From Opitutales bacterium (GTDB lineage Bacteria; Verrucomicrobiota; Verrucomicrobiia; Opitutales; Coraliomargaritaceae): a DNA stretch of 42,592 nucleotides. The translations under genes were made by a program, and so were the position numbers. Of this stretch, positions 20,360-31,373 are shown piece after piece. The stretch spans positions 1 to 42,592 of the forward strand of contig JBMYNR010000013.1 of NCBI GenBank assembly GCA_049598495.1, given 5' to 3'. Below the pieces are notes generated by a model. It was not told where the DNA came from and did no database searches. It saw only the letters and a list, made by a program, of their open reading frames with translations. Within the stretch, counting starts at the first letter, position 1. Every line of letters begins with the position of its first letter.

Positions 20360-21472
20360 CTATAGGATCGCTTCTCTGATCGCTCTAACGACACGGCTGC
20401 GTGCATCATTTGTCATAGATGATCCGCTCGGGAGGCAGAGCCCGTGTTCAAAGAGATTCTTTGCGACGACACCGCCGTAGCAGGTATTTTTTGAAAAGAC
20501 CGGTTGAAGATGCAATGGTTTCCAAAGAGGCCTTGCTTCAATATCCTCTCGCTCCAGTGCATAAATTAAATCGTCTCGGGATGCATTCGAAACGGTGGGG
20601 TCAATCGTGATGCAACTGAGCCAGTAATTGGCGTCATCCGGTGCCAAGATTGGCATGGGCTTGATACCCGGCAGATCACCGAGTACTTCAGTGTAACTCT
20701 CGAAATGTCTGCGACGTATAGAGATCCTGCGGTCAAGATCCTTGATTTGGCTTAAACCAAGACCAGCCAGTAGATTACTCATCCGGTAATTGTATCCAAC
20801 TGCCTTGTGCTCGTAGTGGGTTACCGGTTCGCGAGCCTGTGTCGCGAGGTAAAGGGCTTGATCGGACAAATCGGCACGATCGCATAAAAGCATGCCACCT
20901 CCTGACGTGGTAATAATCTTGTTCCCGTTGAAGGAAAAAAAGGAAAGGTCGCCCATGGATCCTGCTGGCCTTCCCTTGTAGCATGCGCCGAGGGCTTCGG
21001 CCGCATCTTCAATCAGGGGAACCTCATACGATTTGCATAGTTCCAGGATCGGATCCATGTGGGCACACTGGCCATATAGGTGGACGACGATGACGGCCTT
21101 AACCTTTGTCTCCGAAGCGAGTGCCTCTTCTAGTTTCTCCGGATCCATGTTCCAAGTCGACATTTCGCTATCCACAAAGACAGGATTTGCGCCGAGATAA
21201 CAGATTGGATTTGCGCTCGCGGCGAAGGTAAGGCTGGGGCAGATGACAGTATCTCCCGGGCCGACTCCAATTAATTGCAGAGCTAAATGCAGTGCCGCTG
21301 TCCCGGAGTTTAGTGCGATTGCATGAGCTCGTCCCGTTCGTTCGCAGATGGCAGATTCAAACTCGTTTAGATGAGGACCTGCAGGGGCGACCCAGTTTGA
21401 TTCCAGGACAGCATTCAGGCTCGTATGATCCTGCGGGCTAATATCCGGTGGTGACAAGTAGATGCGTGCCAT
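20360..21472 (-). CDS. DegT/DnrJ/EryC1/StrS aminotransferase (PglE/EpsN-like)
   Basis: SGTAALHLAL, EDAAEALG, SFNGNKIITTSGGG and GYNYRMSN motifs. Confidence 0.95.
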   Translation of the reverse strand: MARIYLSPPDISPQDHTSLNAVLESNWVAPAGPHLNEFESAICERTGRAHAIALNSGTAALHLALQLIGVGPGDTVICPSLTFAASANPICYLGANPVFVDSEMSTWNMDPEKLEEALASETKVKAVIVVHLYGQCAHMDPILELCKSYEVPLIEDAAEALGACYKGRPAGSMGDLSFFSFNGNKIITTSGGGMLLCDRADLSDQALYLATQAREPVTHYEHKAVGYNYRMSNLLAGLGLSQIKDLDRRISIRRRHFESYTEVLGDLPGIKPMPILAPDDANYWLSCITIDPTVSNASRDDLIYALEREDIEARPLWKPLHLQPVFSKNTCYGGVVAKNLFEHGLCLPSGSSMTNDARSRVVRAIREAIL

Positions 21473-21537
21473 GGGGATATAAGCTCAACGATGAGCCAGG
21501 TCTTTTCCAACCTTAATTGCGGCTAAATTTAGCTAGC

Positions 21538-23340
21538 CTAGAGGCGGGAAATCATGAGTTCGCGTTCGAAGATCATTTCCTTGGGCAAGTGGGCATGTAG
21601 CTTCAAGAAGAGTTCTTCGTGGGGCAGCGTCTGCATGCGAGTCCGCTCGCGGTCGATATGCATAAGTTCCTCAAAGGCTTCTTTGCTCATGTCCATTCCG
21701 CGCCAATCCATATCCTGATAGCGTGGCATCCAGCCCAGCGGGGTTTCCTTCGCACCCGCGCGCCCGGTGGCACGTTCAACGATCCAGCGAAGCGGTCGCA
21801 TATTTTCACTGAAGCCAGGCCACATCCAGTTCCCATCCTTGTCCTTACGGAACCAATTTACGTTAAAGATACGTGGTGTTTCGCTTAAATCGCGCTGCAT
21901 ACGGATCCAATGCCGGAAATAATCGCCCATATGATAGCCACAGAACGGTAGCATGGCCATTGGGTCTCGACGGATCTGCCCAACAGTTCCTTCTGCTGCA
22001 GCTGTCATCTCAGATCCAGTGGTGGCTCCGAGGTAGACCCCGTGCCCCCAGTTAAATGCTTGTGTCACAAGGGGCACATCACTCATACGACGCCCGCCAA
22101 AGACCATTGCGTGGATGCGGACGCCTTCCGGTTTCTCCCAGTCCGGGTCGATCACCGGGCAATTGACAGCCGGGGCGGTAAACCTGCTGTTGGGGTGGGC
22201 CGCCGGAGTTTCACTATCGGGAGTCCAGTCGTTGCCTTTCCAGTCAATAACATGCGCGGGGAGGGTATCGGTCATGCCTTCCCACCAAACATCACCGTCG
22301 TCTGTTAGCGCGACATTCGTAAAAATGGAGTCCTTAGAGCAGGAAGCCATTGCACTCGGATTAGTGACTATTGAAGTTCCTGGCGCGACACCGAAAAATC
22401 CTGCTTCCGGATTGATGGCGTGCAGCGTTCCGTCGGGGCTTGGTTTGATCCAGGCAATGTCATCTCCTACGCAAGTTACCTTATAGCCCTTCATGTCTTT
22501 TGGGGGGACAATCATGGCAAAATTGGTCTTACCACATGCACTCGGAAAGGCCGCTGTTACATAGGTCTTCTTTCCGTCTGGTTCTTCGACGCCCAGGATC
22601 AACATATGCTCGGCCATCCAACCTTCGTCACGAGCGAGGGTGGAGGCAATCCGCAGGGCCAGGCATTTTTTGCCCAGTAGTGCGTTTCCGCCGTAGCCTG
22701 AACCGAATGAGACGATCGTTCGCTCCTCAGGGAAGTGTACGATGCGGGTTTCTTCAGGGTTGCAGGGCCAGGAGACATCCTGTGTGCCATCTTTGAGTGG
22801 ACAACCCACCGAATGTAGACATGGAACAAAGAACCCATCGTCGCCCAAGGCCTTGAGGACGGCTGTACCGATTCGTGCCATGATTCGCATGTTAACGACA
22901 ACATAGGGCGAGTCGGTCAATTCTACACCAATTTTGGATATAGGACCCCCGATCGGCCCCATACTAAAGGGGATGACATACATGGTGCGGCCATGCATAC
23001 AGCCTTTGAAAAGCTTCTTTAGTCTCCGTCGCATCACCCGAGGTTCTTCCCAGTTGTTCGTAGGACCTGCACCGTCACGGTTTTGCGAGCAGATGTAGGT
23101 TCGAGATTCGACGCGGGCCACGTCACGCGGATCGGAACGGAAGAGATAGCTGTTCGGCCGCTTGGCCTCGTTCAACTTGATACACATGCCCTTGTTCAGC
23201 ATCAGAGAGAAGAGATGGTCTGCCTCCTTTTGAGAGCCGTCACACCAATGGACCGCATCCGGTTCGCAGAGTGTCACCATCTTATTAATCCATTTTTGTA
23301 GCGCTTTATGAGTGGTCGCTGTTGCGGAGGAATCAGTCAT
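21538..23340 (-). CDS. pckG: Phosphoenolpyruvate carboxykinase (GTP)
   Basis: [40 protein letters not shown] and [13 protein letters not shown] motifs. Confidence 0.98.
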   Translation of the reverse strand: MTDSSATATTHKALQKWINKMVTLCEPDAVHWCDGSQKEADHLFSLMLNKGMCIKLNEAKRPNSYLFRSDPRDVARVESRTYICSQNRDGAGPTNNWEEPRVMRRRLKKLFKGCMHGRTMYVIPFSMGPIGGPISKIGVELTDSPYVVVNMRIMARIGTAVLKALGDDGFFVPCLHSVGCPLKDGTQDVSWPCNPEETRIVHFPEERTIVSFGSGYGGNALLGKKCLALRIASTLARDEGWMAEHMLILGVEEPDGKKTYVTAAFPSACGKTNFAMIVPPKDMKGYKVTCVGDDIAWIKPSPDGTLHAINPEAGFFGVAPGTSIVTNPSAMASCSKDSIFTNVALTDDGDVWWEGMTDTLPAHVIDWKGNDWTPDSETPAAHPNSRFTAPAVNCPVIDPDWEKPEGVRIHAMVFGGRRMSDVPLVTQAFNWGHGVYLGATTGSEMTAAAEGTVGQIRRDPMAMLPFCGYHMGDYFRHWIRMQRDLSETPRIFNVNWFRKDKDGNWMWPGFSENMRPLRWIVERATGRAGAKETPLGWMPRYQDMDWRGMDMSKEAFEELMHIDRERTRMQTLPHEELFLKLHAHLPKEMIFERELMISRL

Positions 23341-23512
23341 AATCTCATTCTAGCACTATCTCTGCCAATGGTAAGCAAAAACGCAATGAACGGGTAAATA
23401 TTTCGTCATAGAATCTCCTTGAGTCGGAACTCCTATTGGACCTTTTTCATATTCTGGTTCTGCCGTGTGTTGATCGGTAAGCGCATACTTTTCCTATTTC
23501 CAAGACTCCTCC

Positions 23513-25588
23513 ATGCCACGAAAAAAGACGTCCAAAAAAGACAATCTCGAGCTTGAACTAGACGGACTAGCCTCCGATGCCGGATTGGCTAAACCTTCAG
23601 ATGACGACCTTTTTTCCATGAAGACGGATGCGGGCCACGTCGATGATATGTTCAGTGAGTGGTTTCTGGATTACGCCAGCTATGTCATTCTAGAGCGTGC
23701 GGTTCCGCATGCAAACGACGGCTTAAAACCAGTCCAGAGGCGTATTCTCCATTCCATGCGCGAGTTGGAAGACGGACGTTATAACAAAGTCGCGAATGTC
23801 ATCGGGAATACGATGAAGTATCACCCACATGGCGATGCCTCAATTGCGGATGCTATGGTCCAACTCGGCCAGAAGGACTTGTTGATCGATATGCAGGGCA
23901 ACTGGGGGAACACGCTGACAGGTGATTCAGCCGCTGCATCCCGTTACATCGAAGCCCGCCTTTCGAAATTCGCTCTCGATGTCGTCTTCAACCCCAAGAC
24001 GACCCATTGGCTAGCATCCTATGACGGGCGCAACAAGGAACCGGAGACCCTACCTGTAAAATTCCCCTTATTGCTCGCTCAGGGCGCCGAGGGCATTGCA
24101 GTCGGGCTGTCCTGTAAGATACTTCCGCACAATTTTATCGAACTGATCGACGGCTGTATTTCGCTTCTTCGGAAAGAGACCCCCGAGCTTGTCCCTGACT
24201 TTCCAACAGGTGGGATAGCAGATGTTTCTGAGTATAATAATGGAAAGAGGGGCGGCAGGGTCAAGGTGCGTGCCCGTATCGAAAGGCGTAAGAAAAACCT
24301 TCTGGCGATCAAGGAACTACCGTTCGGAAAGACGACTACGAGTCTCATCGACTCGATTATTTCTGCTAACGAAAAGGGCAAAATCAAGATCGCTCGGGTC
24401 GAGGACAACACGGCGGATGAGGTCGAAATTCTTGTCTACCTTCCATCGGGTTCGGAAGCGGAAACCGTAGAGCAGGCATTGTATGCATTCACCGATTGTG
24501 AAATGTCGGTTTCGACAAATATCTGTGTAATCGAAAATGAGAAGCCTCACTTCTTTTCGGCATTGGATCTACTGTATCTCGCAACAGAGAAGACGCGAAA
24601 TCTCCTCAAGCGGGAGTTGGAGATTCAATTATCTGAACTAGAAGAAAAATGGCACTTCAGTTCTTTGGAGAAAATTTTTATCGAAAAACGAATCTACCGC
24701 CGGATTGAAGAAGAAGAGACATGGGAGGCCGTCATTAAGACGGTTGATGTAGGTTTGCGGCCTTACAAAAAGCACTTTAAACGGGAAATTACCCAAGAAG
24801 ACATTCTTCGACTTCTGGAGATTAAGATTAAACGCATCTCTAAATACGACACTTTCCGGGCCGACGAGTTGATCAAGAGCCTAGAGGAGGAGATCGCTCA
24901 GACGAAGAAAAACCTCAAGTATCTGACGAAGTATGCCATTAAATGGTTTACCGAGCTAAAAAAGAAGTATGGCAAGGGGCGCGAACGTAAGACCGAACTG
25001 GCTTCCTTCCAAAAAGTGCTCGCGCAGGAGGTGGTCATCGCCAACGAGACTTTATACGTGGATAAAAAAGAGGGCTTCGCGGGCATCGGTATGAAGAAGG
25101 ATGAGGCGGTCTGTAAATGCTCTCGCCTGGATGATGTGTTGGCCATTAACCAAGAGGGCAAATTGATCGTCAGCAAGGTCTCCGATAAAGCCTTCTTTGG
25201 GAAGAATATCCTACATATTGATATCTTTAATCGATCCGATCCGAATTCGTTAACCTACTGCTTGGTCTATCGCGATGGAAAGACTGGGCCAACCCTAGCG
25301 AAACACTTTACGATAGGTGGGGTGACCCGAGGTAAGGAATATGATTTAACCAAAGGAAAGCCAGCCACCCGTGTGTATTACGTCTCCTGCTATCCGACAA
25401 AAGATGGCGAACCGGATGCAGTTAAGATCAACCTGAAGCCTGCCCCGCGCATTAGAAAGACGGAGGAGGAGGTTCGCTTCAAGGAACTCACCGTGCGCGG
25501 TCGCAGCTCGGGCGGTAACATCGTAACGAAAAATGCTGTGCGCAATGTCGTTCGGCTGACTAAGGCTGAGCGGGATAAGGCTACCTAA
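23513..25588 (+). CDS. parC: Type IIA topoisomerase subunit A (topoisomerase IV A-like)
   Basis: DGLKPVQRRIL, YHPHGD and AASRYIEARL (catalytic Tyr); short C-terminal domain with no GyrA box seen. Confidence 0.85.
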   Translation: MPRKKTSKKDNLELELDGLASDAGLAKPSDDDLFSMKTDAGHVDDMFSEWFLDYASYVILERAVPHANDGLKPVQRRILHSMRELEDGRYNKVANVIGNTMKYHPHGDASIADAMVQLGQKDLLIDMQGNWGNTLTGDSAAASRYIEARLSKFALDVVFNPKTTHWLASYDGRNKEPETLPVKFPLLLAQGAEGIAVGLSCKILPHNFIELIDGCISLLRKETPELVPDFPTGGIADVSEYNNGKRGGRVKVRARIERRKKNLLAIKELPFGKTTTSLIDSIISANEKGKIKIARVEDNTADEVEILVYLPSGSEAETVEQALYAFTDCEMSVSTNICVIENEKPHFFSALDLLYLATEKTRNLLKRELEIQLSELEEKWHFSSLEKIFIEKRIYRRIEEEETWEAVIKTVDVGLRPYKKHFKREITQEDILRLLEIKIKRISKYDTFRADELIKSLEEEIAQTKKNLKYLTKYAIKWFTELKKKYGKGRERKTELASFQKVLAQEVVIANETLYVDKKEGFAGIGMKKDEAVCKCSRLDDVLAINQEGKLIVSKVSDKAFFGKNILHIDIFNRSDPNSLTYCLVYRDGKTGPTLAKHFTIGGVTRGKEYDLTKGKPATRVYYVSCYPTKDGEPDAVKINLKPAPRIRKTEEEVRFKELTVRGRSSGGNIVTKNAVRNVVRLTKAERDKAT

Positions 25589-26552
25589 GCAATCCCTCTC
25601 GCCAGCGGTCGGGCACACTGTTTGCCGCCCCGAGTAGGGCACCGACGACAGCTCCACGGTGGCAGTTGTCGCCACCGCAGTGTGCATTTGCGAGAATGCC
25701 GGCCGTGAAGTCATCCGCATATCGCCAGCAAAGAAACAGGCTGGCAGTGAAGGACTCGGGCAAATAGCAAGCCACGGTTAGGTGACGCCCGACAACGGAT
25801 CGATCCGGAAGGCTCGACCAAGTATCAAGTTGACCACTGCTCGCCCATGAACTTCCGAATACTTTAATCGTGTCCCTGAGTGTCGAGCCAGTATTAACCG
25901 CCGCCAGCATACGGGTCAATGTTTCAGCAGATTCCACGACGAAGCGGTTGCGGTGGGTCAATTGAACATGGGTGACTACCGTATCGACCTGCTCTTCGAC
26001 GCTGCCAACGCCGATTTGATCGAGTGCTGCAAGAAGCGCAGGCACTTGACTGATGCCGCCGATATGAAGGTCGTCGATTCCGCAGTCAAAGGGCGCTTTG
26101 CCTGATGCATAATGATTGAAAAATGCCCGATGATATTCCTCGAGATAAGTGTCTTCGTGCCAACCTGGTTCCAGCATTCGATTAATATATCGCTCCAGCC
26201 ACGCGCTCGCATCGTAACGCCCTTGATCGGTCACGAGCTGATAGAGTTCCTTGCTCAATTTATAGTTGATGGTATTTTCACCTGCTTTGAGAAATTGGTG
26301 GTAGTGGATACCTCTTTGGCCCCAGAAGCGGGCTTGCTCGTGAAGGATATTTCCCTTCGCATTTCGAGGAATGTAGCGTGAACGCCATAGTATACTGTCG
26401 CAGTGGGGGCTTTTAGGCGCGACATAGCCTTCTAACTGGCCGTAGTCAGCGTCGAGTGCTTGGGTATCGTAATACCAGTGGACGGGCATGGCGACAGCGT
26501 CGGCTGCGAGTGCCCCGACATATGCCTGTGCGTAAACGGAAGTCATGTGCAT
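25581..26552 (-). CDS. ADP-ribosylglycohydrolase-family protein (atypical motifs)
   Basis: GALAADAVAMPVHW at the N-terminus and NAHCGGDNCHRGAVVGALLGA...VP.RW at the C-terminus. Confidence 0.85.
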   Translation of the reverse strand: MHMTSVYAQAYVGALAADAVAMPVHWYYDTQALDADYGQLEGYVAPKSPHCDSILWRSRYIPRNAKGNILHEQARFWGQRGIHYHQFLKAGENTINYKLSKELYQLVTDQGRYDASAWLERYINRMLEPGWHEDTYLEEYHRAFFNHYASGKAPFDCGIDDLHIGGISQVPALLAALDQIGVGSVEEQVDTVVTHVQLTHRNRFVVESAETLTRMLAAVNTGSTLRDTIKVFGSSWASSGQLDTWSSLPDRSVVGRHLTVACYLPESFTASLFLCWRYADDFTAGILANAHCGGDNCHRGAVVGALLGAANSVPDRWREGLLR

Positions 26553-27724
26553 ATGGGGTCTTTGTAGAGTTTTTCGAGGACCGCAGGGACAGCTTTCTTA
26601 AAACGAAAGAAGCCCGCACGCGCATGTGGGTAGAGGTGGCTGTCCCACCAGTGGCGCGGTTTGTAGATAAGAATTCCATGCGGATTCAAAACCGCCTCAA
26701 TTGCGGGTAATACCGAATCCCAGATACCAACGGAAGGTTCTGCCATCATTACAGCATCGAGTTTCTCGGATCGGGCCCAGTCGGCCAGAGTTTCTGCCGA
26801 ACGATGTATCCGAGTGGAGTCCGGAAGGGTGGATCGCAGGCAGCTTTCACGGAAATCGATCACCTTATCGGAAATGCCGCTTTGATGATAAGCGTTACTT
26901 GGTAAGAAGCCCGCAATGGATTCGATGGGATACTCTTGTTGGATCCATCGAATCGAGGATAGATCGTCCTCGTGGACGAGAAGACCTAATTTCCCGGCTG
27001 ATGGGGGAACTTTCGTTTCAACTAACGGCTGCACCTTGGGATTCTCGCGGAAGGCGTCTACGATTGTAGGCGATTGTGCAAGTGGTGTTTTCACTTTAAA
27101 GCGCCCCCTCGTGTATTTTTCTATATTGGAAGCCTGTGCAAGATAGGTCTTTCCCACTGTTTGGAGGCCCGCTACCCAGCGCCAACTGAGTGTATTGGAG
27201 GCGGCATCGCCATCAAGTAGGTGGCGTAGGAAAAAGGCTGCACCAAGAACCCATGGCACCTTCAGCGTGTGCACCCAGATACTGGCATACCACATCCGCG
27301 CATGGTTATGTAGATAGCCCGTCTCGATGAGTTTTTGCGTCCACACGTCCATGCATTCGATCCCCGTTCTCGATACGATCAGGTCGCGATACACCGGATT
27401 TTTTTCGGCGCTTCTCTGCGCTAACTTCAGTTCCTCGATATAGTCATCCCAAATAGAAGGCCGCAAGGCCAGCCAGCCCTTCCAATACGTTCGCCAACAG
27501 ACCTCATCCACGAATTTTCCAGCATTCCGAGCCCCGTGTCTCTTGAGCGCGGCCGCCACCAGTTCCCACTCTGTCAAAAGCCGGACGCGTATCCATGGTG
27601 ATAAACGTGAAACATTGTCGCCGTAGGGTTGGTCGTAGTTTCGGGTCGCCGCATAATCACTGCCTGCACGTGGAAGGAAGTCGTGGAAACGCTGCAGTCC
27701 CGCCTCTCTGGATGGTTGAAACAT
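26543..27724 (-). CDS. Photolyase-family protein with N-terminal FAD-binding domain (inverted domain order)
   Basis: VSRLSPW, E..WR.YW, GYLHNHARMW.AS and LLDGD.ASN..SWRWVAG lie in the N-terminal half, followed by an alpha/beta-like C-terminal part. Start trimmed to 27724. Confidence 0.88.
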   Translation of the reverse strand: MFQPSREAGLQRFHDFLPRAGSDYAATRNYDQPYGDNVSRLSPWIRVRLLTEWELVAAALKRHGARNAGKFVDEVCWRTYWKGWLALRPSIWDDYIEELKLAQRSAEKNPVYRDLIVSRTGIECMDVWTQKLIETGYLHNHARMWYASIWVHTLKVPWVLGAAFFLRHLLDGDAASNTLSWRWVAGLQTVGKTYLAQASNIEKYTRGRFKVKTPLAQSPTIVDAFRENPKVQPLVETKVPPSAGKLGLLVHEDDLSSIRWIQQEYPIESIAGFLPSNAYHQSGISDKVIDFRESCLRSTLPDSTRIHRSAETLADWARSEKLDAVMMAEPSVGIWDSVLPAIEAVLNPHGILIYKPRHWWDSHLYPHARAGFFRFKKAVPAVLEKLYKDPICT

Positions 27725-27975
27725 AATAATACAACGATTTGGAGGCCCGAACCTTAGGATGTTTTGCCTTCCGGCGTCGCTCCCTGAGGACTTGAGTACA
27801 GCCTCCCAGTAGGTATGATGACAGAAAACCGAGTCTTCACTCGGCAAATATAGGGCCTGTGGTTATACCCACATTCGACAGGACGCGAACTGACGCCAGC
27901 AAGGTCGACGAATAAACGCTTCAGACTGTTTGGAACCCCACACGGGTCGACGCGACTTCAGGCCCGAACTAAAGT

Positions 27976-29109
27976 CTAATCATTCTTCGCTTCCAGCCCC
28001 ATGCTTTTTGCGCGCTCCAACCACTGCTTTCGCGCTAGTATGCGCATGTCGACGACCGAGTCGGTTTCGTCGATAATCTCTATTCCTATGAGCGTCTCTA
28101 CAAGGTCTTCCAAGGTGACAAGGCCCTTCGTGCCCCCGTATTCGTCCAGAACGATTGATATGTGTTGGCGCTTTTGAAGGAAATGGTCGAAGAGCTCAGA
28201 AAGTGGAATTGAGTCGCGGACAGTAATCAGCTCTCTTCGGATGCTCGCAAGAGGGGCATCACCCTCTCCTTTATTCGAAGCTATTAGCATATCGGCTCGT
28301 AGAACAAATCCGTTTATTTGATCTTTGTCATCGCGATAGAGTGGTATTCTAGAAAAAGGCTTACATGTGGCAACTAGGAGCGCCTCCTCGATGGTGCTAT
28401 CTTCTGGCAGTGATTCGATGACTGTCCGAGGGGTCATGATATCCTGGGCGCTCAGGGTGCTTAATTTGAAGAGATTCTTTAAAATTCTGGACTCGCTCTT
28501 CGGCATGGTTCCGGAGCTTTCGCCGATTCGTGCCATCGAGATGAGCTCATCTCGGCTGAAGATATGAGCCTTTTGTCCTCGGGAAACCCATTGGGTTAGT
28601 GATTCAGATAACCAAACAATTGGGTATAGCGACCAAATGAGAATTTCGACGAAAAGGGCCGTTGGAGCAATCAACTGCTTCCAATACACCGCGCCGAGAG
28701 TTTTCGGAATAATTTCGGACAGGAAGAGAATCATCAAAGTCATGATCGCGGAAAATAGTCCGAACCATGCACTTCCAAAGACGATAGTCGCTTTGGCTCC
28801 CGATAGAATTGCACCCACCGTATGCGCGATCGTATTCAATGTGAGGATTGCGGCTAGGGACCGATCGACGTTTTCGATTTTTAGGCGGCGAAGTCGTTCC
28901 GCTCGCTGAGGTCGATTCGTGCGCATGCTCTCGACATAGGAGGGTGTGACACTAAGAAGAGCTGCCTCGGCAATCGAGCAGAGAAATGAAAAACCCAGAG
29001 CGAGTAGGATCGATCCAATTAGGATGATCACGTCCATCTGTGTTGCCTCACGACTCGCTTCTATGGGCCCGGCGGTAACAGCTATCGGTAGTAAATCGAA
29101 AATCAGCAT
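27976..29109 (-). CDS. CNNM/DUF21-CBS (hemolysin-like) membrane protein
   Basis: SFLCSIAEAALLS, SEIIPKT, DIMTPR, FSRIPLY and DEYGG..GLVTLEDLVE motifs. Confidence 0.93.
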   Translation of the reverse strand: MLIFDLLPIAVTAGPIEASREATQMDVIILIGSILLALGFSFLCSIAEAALLSVTPSYVESMRTNRPQRAERLRRLKIENVDRSLAAILTLNTIAHTVGAILSGAKATIVFGSAWFGLFSAIMTLMILFLSEIIPKTLGAVYWKQLIAPTALFVEILIWSLYPIVWLSESLTQWVSRGQKAHIFSRDELISMARIGESSGTMPKSESRILKNLFKLSTLSAQDIMTPRTVIESLPEDSTIEEALLVATCKPFSRIPLYRDDKDQINGFVLRADMLIASNKGEGDAPLASIRRELITVRDSIPLSELFDHFLQKRQHISIVLDEYGGTKGLVTLEDLVETLIGIEIIDETDSVVDMRILARKQWLERAKSMGLEAKND

Positions 29110-29255
29110 GGTTGAGGTAATCTTCCGTGGATCGATCTGACAAGAGCAAGTATGCGCTTAGTCGGTTGCCAAAATCAGAGGCGCCCCTTGCGACGCCTGA
29201 GTCATCTCGGGCTTATTTAATCCAGCGGGCGCAAAGAATACACGACTCATAGTAA

Positions 29256-31313
29256 TTAGGCCGGTTCGACCCATTTTCCATGCTCCTTAATTAGATCAAT
29301 TAGGCGATCAAGTCCCTCAGCAGAAGGCACATTGTATTTTACGCACTCCTTGCCGACATAGAGATTGATCTTGCCCGGGGCCCCTCCGACGTAGCCAAAA
29401 TCGGCATCTGCCATCTCACCCGGCCCGTTTACGATGCAGCCCATGATTGCGATGGTGACGCCCTTTAGATGATCTGTTCTGGATCGGATTTTTTGAGTCA
29501 CGGTTTGCAAATCAAAAAGGGTCCGTCCGCAACTCGGGCAGGCTACAAATTCGGTTTTACTGATACGGGCTCGTGCGCCCTGAAGAATATTATAGGCTAG
29601 AGTGGTCGCCTTTTCGAGCAGCGGTTCGGTTTCAATGCTGATCGCATCGCCAATGCCATCGCAAAGCACGGCGCCACTGAGAATACTGCTTTCAAGAAGT
29701 CGATCTGAAAAATAATCTTTCGGATTAAGGGTATTCCTATTCGTGTTCCGAATCCATATGGGTGCATCTGGGGTGAATTCACGTGCGGCTTCGGCCAGCG
29801 CTCGAAAACTACCAAGGGGGTGCCTTGTATCTGCCGGTTTACTGGATGTTAAAATCAAGCGTTCGGTCCCCATTTGCTTAAGTTGCGCTCCGATTTCATC
29901 GCGAAGTTCGTCTGCCGCGCAATCGATCACGCAATTAAAATTCCTGCTTCGGCAAAATTGAAGGAGTTGCGTCGCGTAATATGCGTCTTCGCGTGACATA
30001 CACTGAAGTAGGGTAATGCCTGCAAGGCTCACCTCAGGCCATTTGTATACTTCAAGATGTGATATGTCGATGACATCCGACAGTTCGAGTATAAAGCACT
30101 GAACGACCGAGTGAAGTGCTTCATGAAGCATTCCGAAGGCAGCCAAATCTGAAGGTTTCTTTATCTCAACCTGCAGACCCTCGATCTTGCTGTCTTTCAA
30201 GTTCATCTGTGCAGCGCAAACCTCTTGGATGATTGTCTGGGTCGCATCAACGGCGTGAACGGTCTTCACGATGACTGCCGGCGTGGATTCGCCTCCAATC
30301 AAACAGTTTGGCCCCAGTTCAACGACGCGTGTAGCTCGCTTGTTGAATTCAAAGGGATTCACGCTGTCGTATCTTGTCTCTGACAGCGCCAAATCCGCCT
30401 GCTGTTCCCAAAGAGCCATCGCCTTGTCCGCTAGATCACGCGCGACGGGAATCTCGTAGATCGGATCTTCTGTCAGCGAGACACGGATCGTATCACCCAA
30501 ACCATCGTTGAGCAGCGTGCCAATTCCGATGGCGCTTTTCACCCGTGCATCTTCACCATCTCCCGCTTCGGTCACGCCCAGATGCAACGGGTAGTTCATC
30601 CCTTCAGCCTGCATTCGTGCGACCGCGAGTCGGTAGGCTTCAATCATTACTTTCGGATTGCTTGCTTTCATGGATATGCAGATCTCGTGAAAGCTGTGAC
30701 TCTCGGCGATGCGAATGAACTCTAAAGCGCACTCGACCATACCGATGGGGGTGTCCCCATAGCGATTCATAATTCGGTCTGAGAGGGAACCGTGGTTGGT
30801 GCCGATCCGCATGGCACGACCGAGTTCCTTGCATCGCAGGACGATTGGGCTAAATGCCACATGTAAACGCTCAAGTTCCTCCTCGTAGGCTGCGTCCGTA
30901 TATTCAAGCACGGCAAACTTCTTTTTGTCTGCGTAGTTACCCGGATTAATCCTAACCTTTTCGACATGCTTGGCCGCTTCCATTGCTGCGGCCGGTAGGA
31001 AATGTATGTCTGCAACAAGCGGCACCTCACACTTGGCGGCGCGCACTTTCTTGTGAATCTCTCCGAGCGCTTCAGCCGCTTTTTTATTGGGCGCAGTGAT
31101 TCGAATGATATCACAACCCGCCTCAGCGAGTGCGAGCGTTTGCTTGACCGTCGCATCGACGTCCTGGGTGTTCGTGGTTGTCATCGACTGCACGCGGATC
31201 GGATTGTCACCTCCAGTGTAGACGCCCCCAATATTAATCGCGCGAGATCTCCTGCGACGAGTTTGATAGCGAGATTCGCAGTAGCGAAAATCCGATGTTT
31301 CGAACGTATCCAT
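29256..31313 (-). CDS. ispG: 4-hydroxy-3-methylbut-2-en-1-yl diphosphate synthase, long form
   Basis: RVQSMT, VADIHF, RINPGN, RIGTNHGSL, HLGVTEAG, CPSCGRT and MGCIVNGPGE motifs with a central insertion domain. Confidence 0.98.
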   Translation of the reverse strand: MDTFETSDFRYCESRYQTRRRRSRAINIGGVYTGGDNPIRVQSMTTTNTQDVDATVKQTLALAEAGCDIIRITAPNKKAAEALGEIHKKVRAAKCEVPLVADIHFLPAAAMEAAKHVEKVRINPGNYADKKKFAVLEYTDAAYEEELERLHVAFSPIVLRCKELGRAMRIGTNHGSLSDRIMNRYGDTPIGMVECALEFIRIAESHSFHEICISMKASNPKVMIEAYRLAVARMQAEGMNYPLHLGVTEAGDGEDARVKSAIGIGTLLNDGLGDTIRVSLTEDPIYEIPVARDLADKAMALWEQQADLALSETRYDSVNPFEFNKRATRVVELGPNCLIGGESTPAVIVKTVHAVDATQTIIQEVCAAQMNLKDSKIEGLQVEIKKPSDLAAFGMLHEALHSVVQCFILELSDVIDISHLEVYKWPEVSLAGITLLQCMSREDAYYATQLLQFCRSRNFNCVIDCAADELRDEIGAQLKQMGTERLILTSSKPADTRHPLGSFRALAEAAREFTPDAPIWIRNTNRNTLNPKDYFSDRLLESSILSGAVLCDGIGDAISIETEPLLEKATTLAYNILQGARARISKTEFVACPSCGRTLFDLQTVTQKIRSRTDHLKGVTIAIMGCIVNGPGEMADADFGYVGGAPGKINLYVGKECVKYNVPSAEGLDRLIDLIKEHGKWVEPA

Positions 31314-31373
31314 TTACTGAACTCGGTAATTAGCCTCGAGCGTGGGCATTTTGCAATATTTGGTAGTCGGCAA

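Noticed and set aside
29256..31313. Extra central domain in IspG as a novelty
   Set aside because: Three-domain IspG is already known from plants, chlamydiae and related bacteria.
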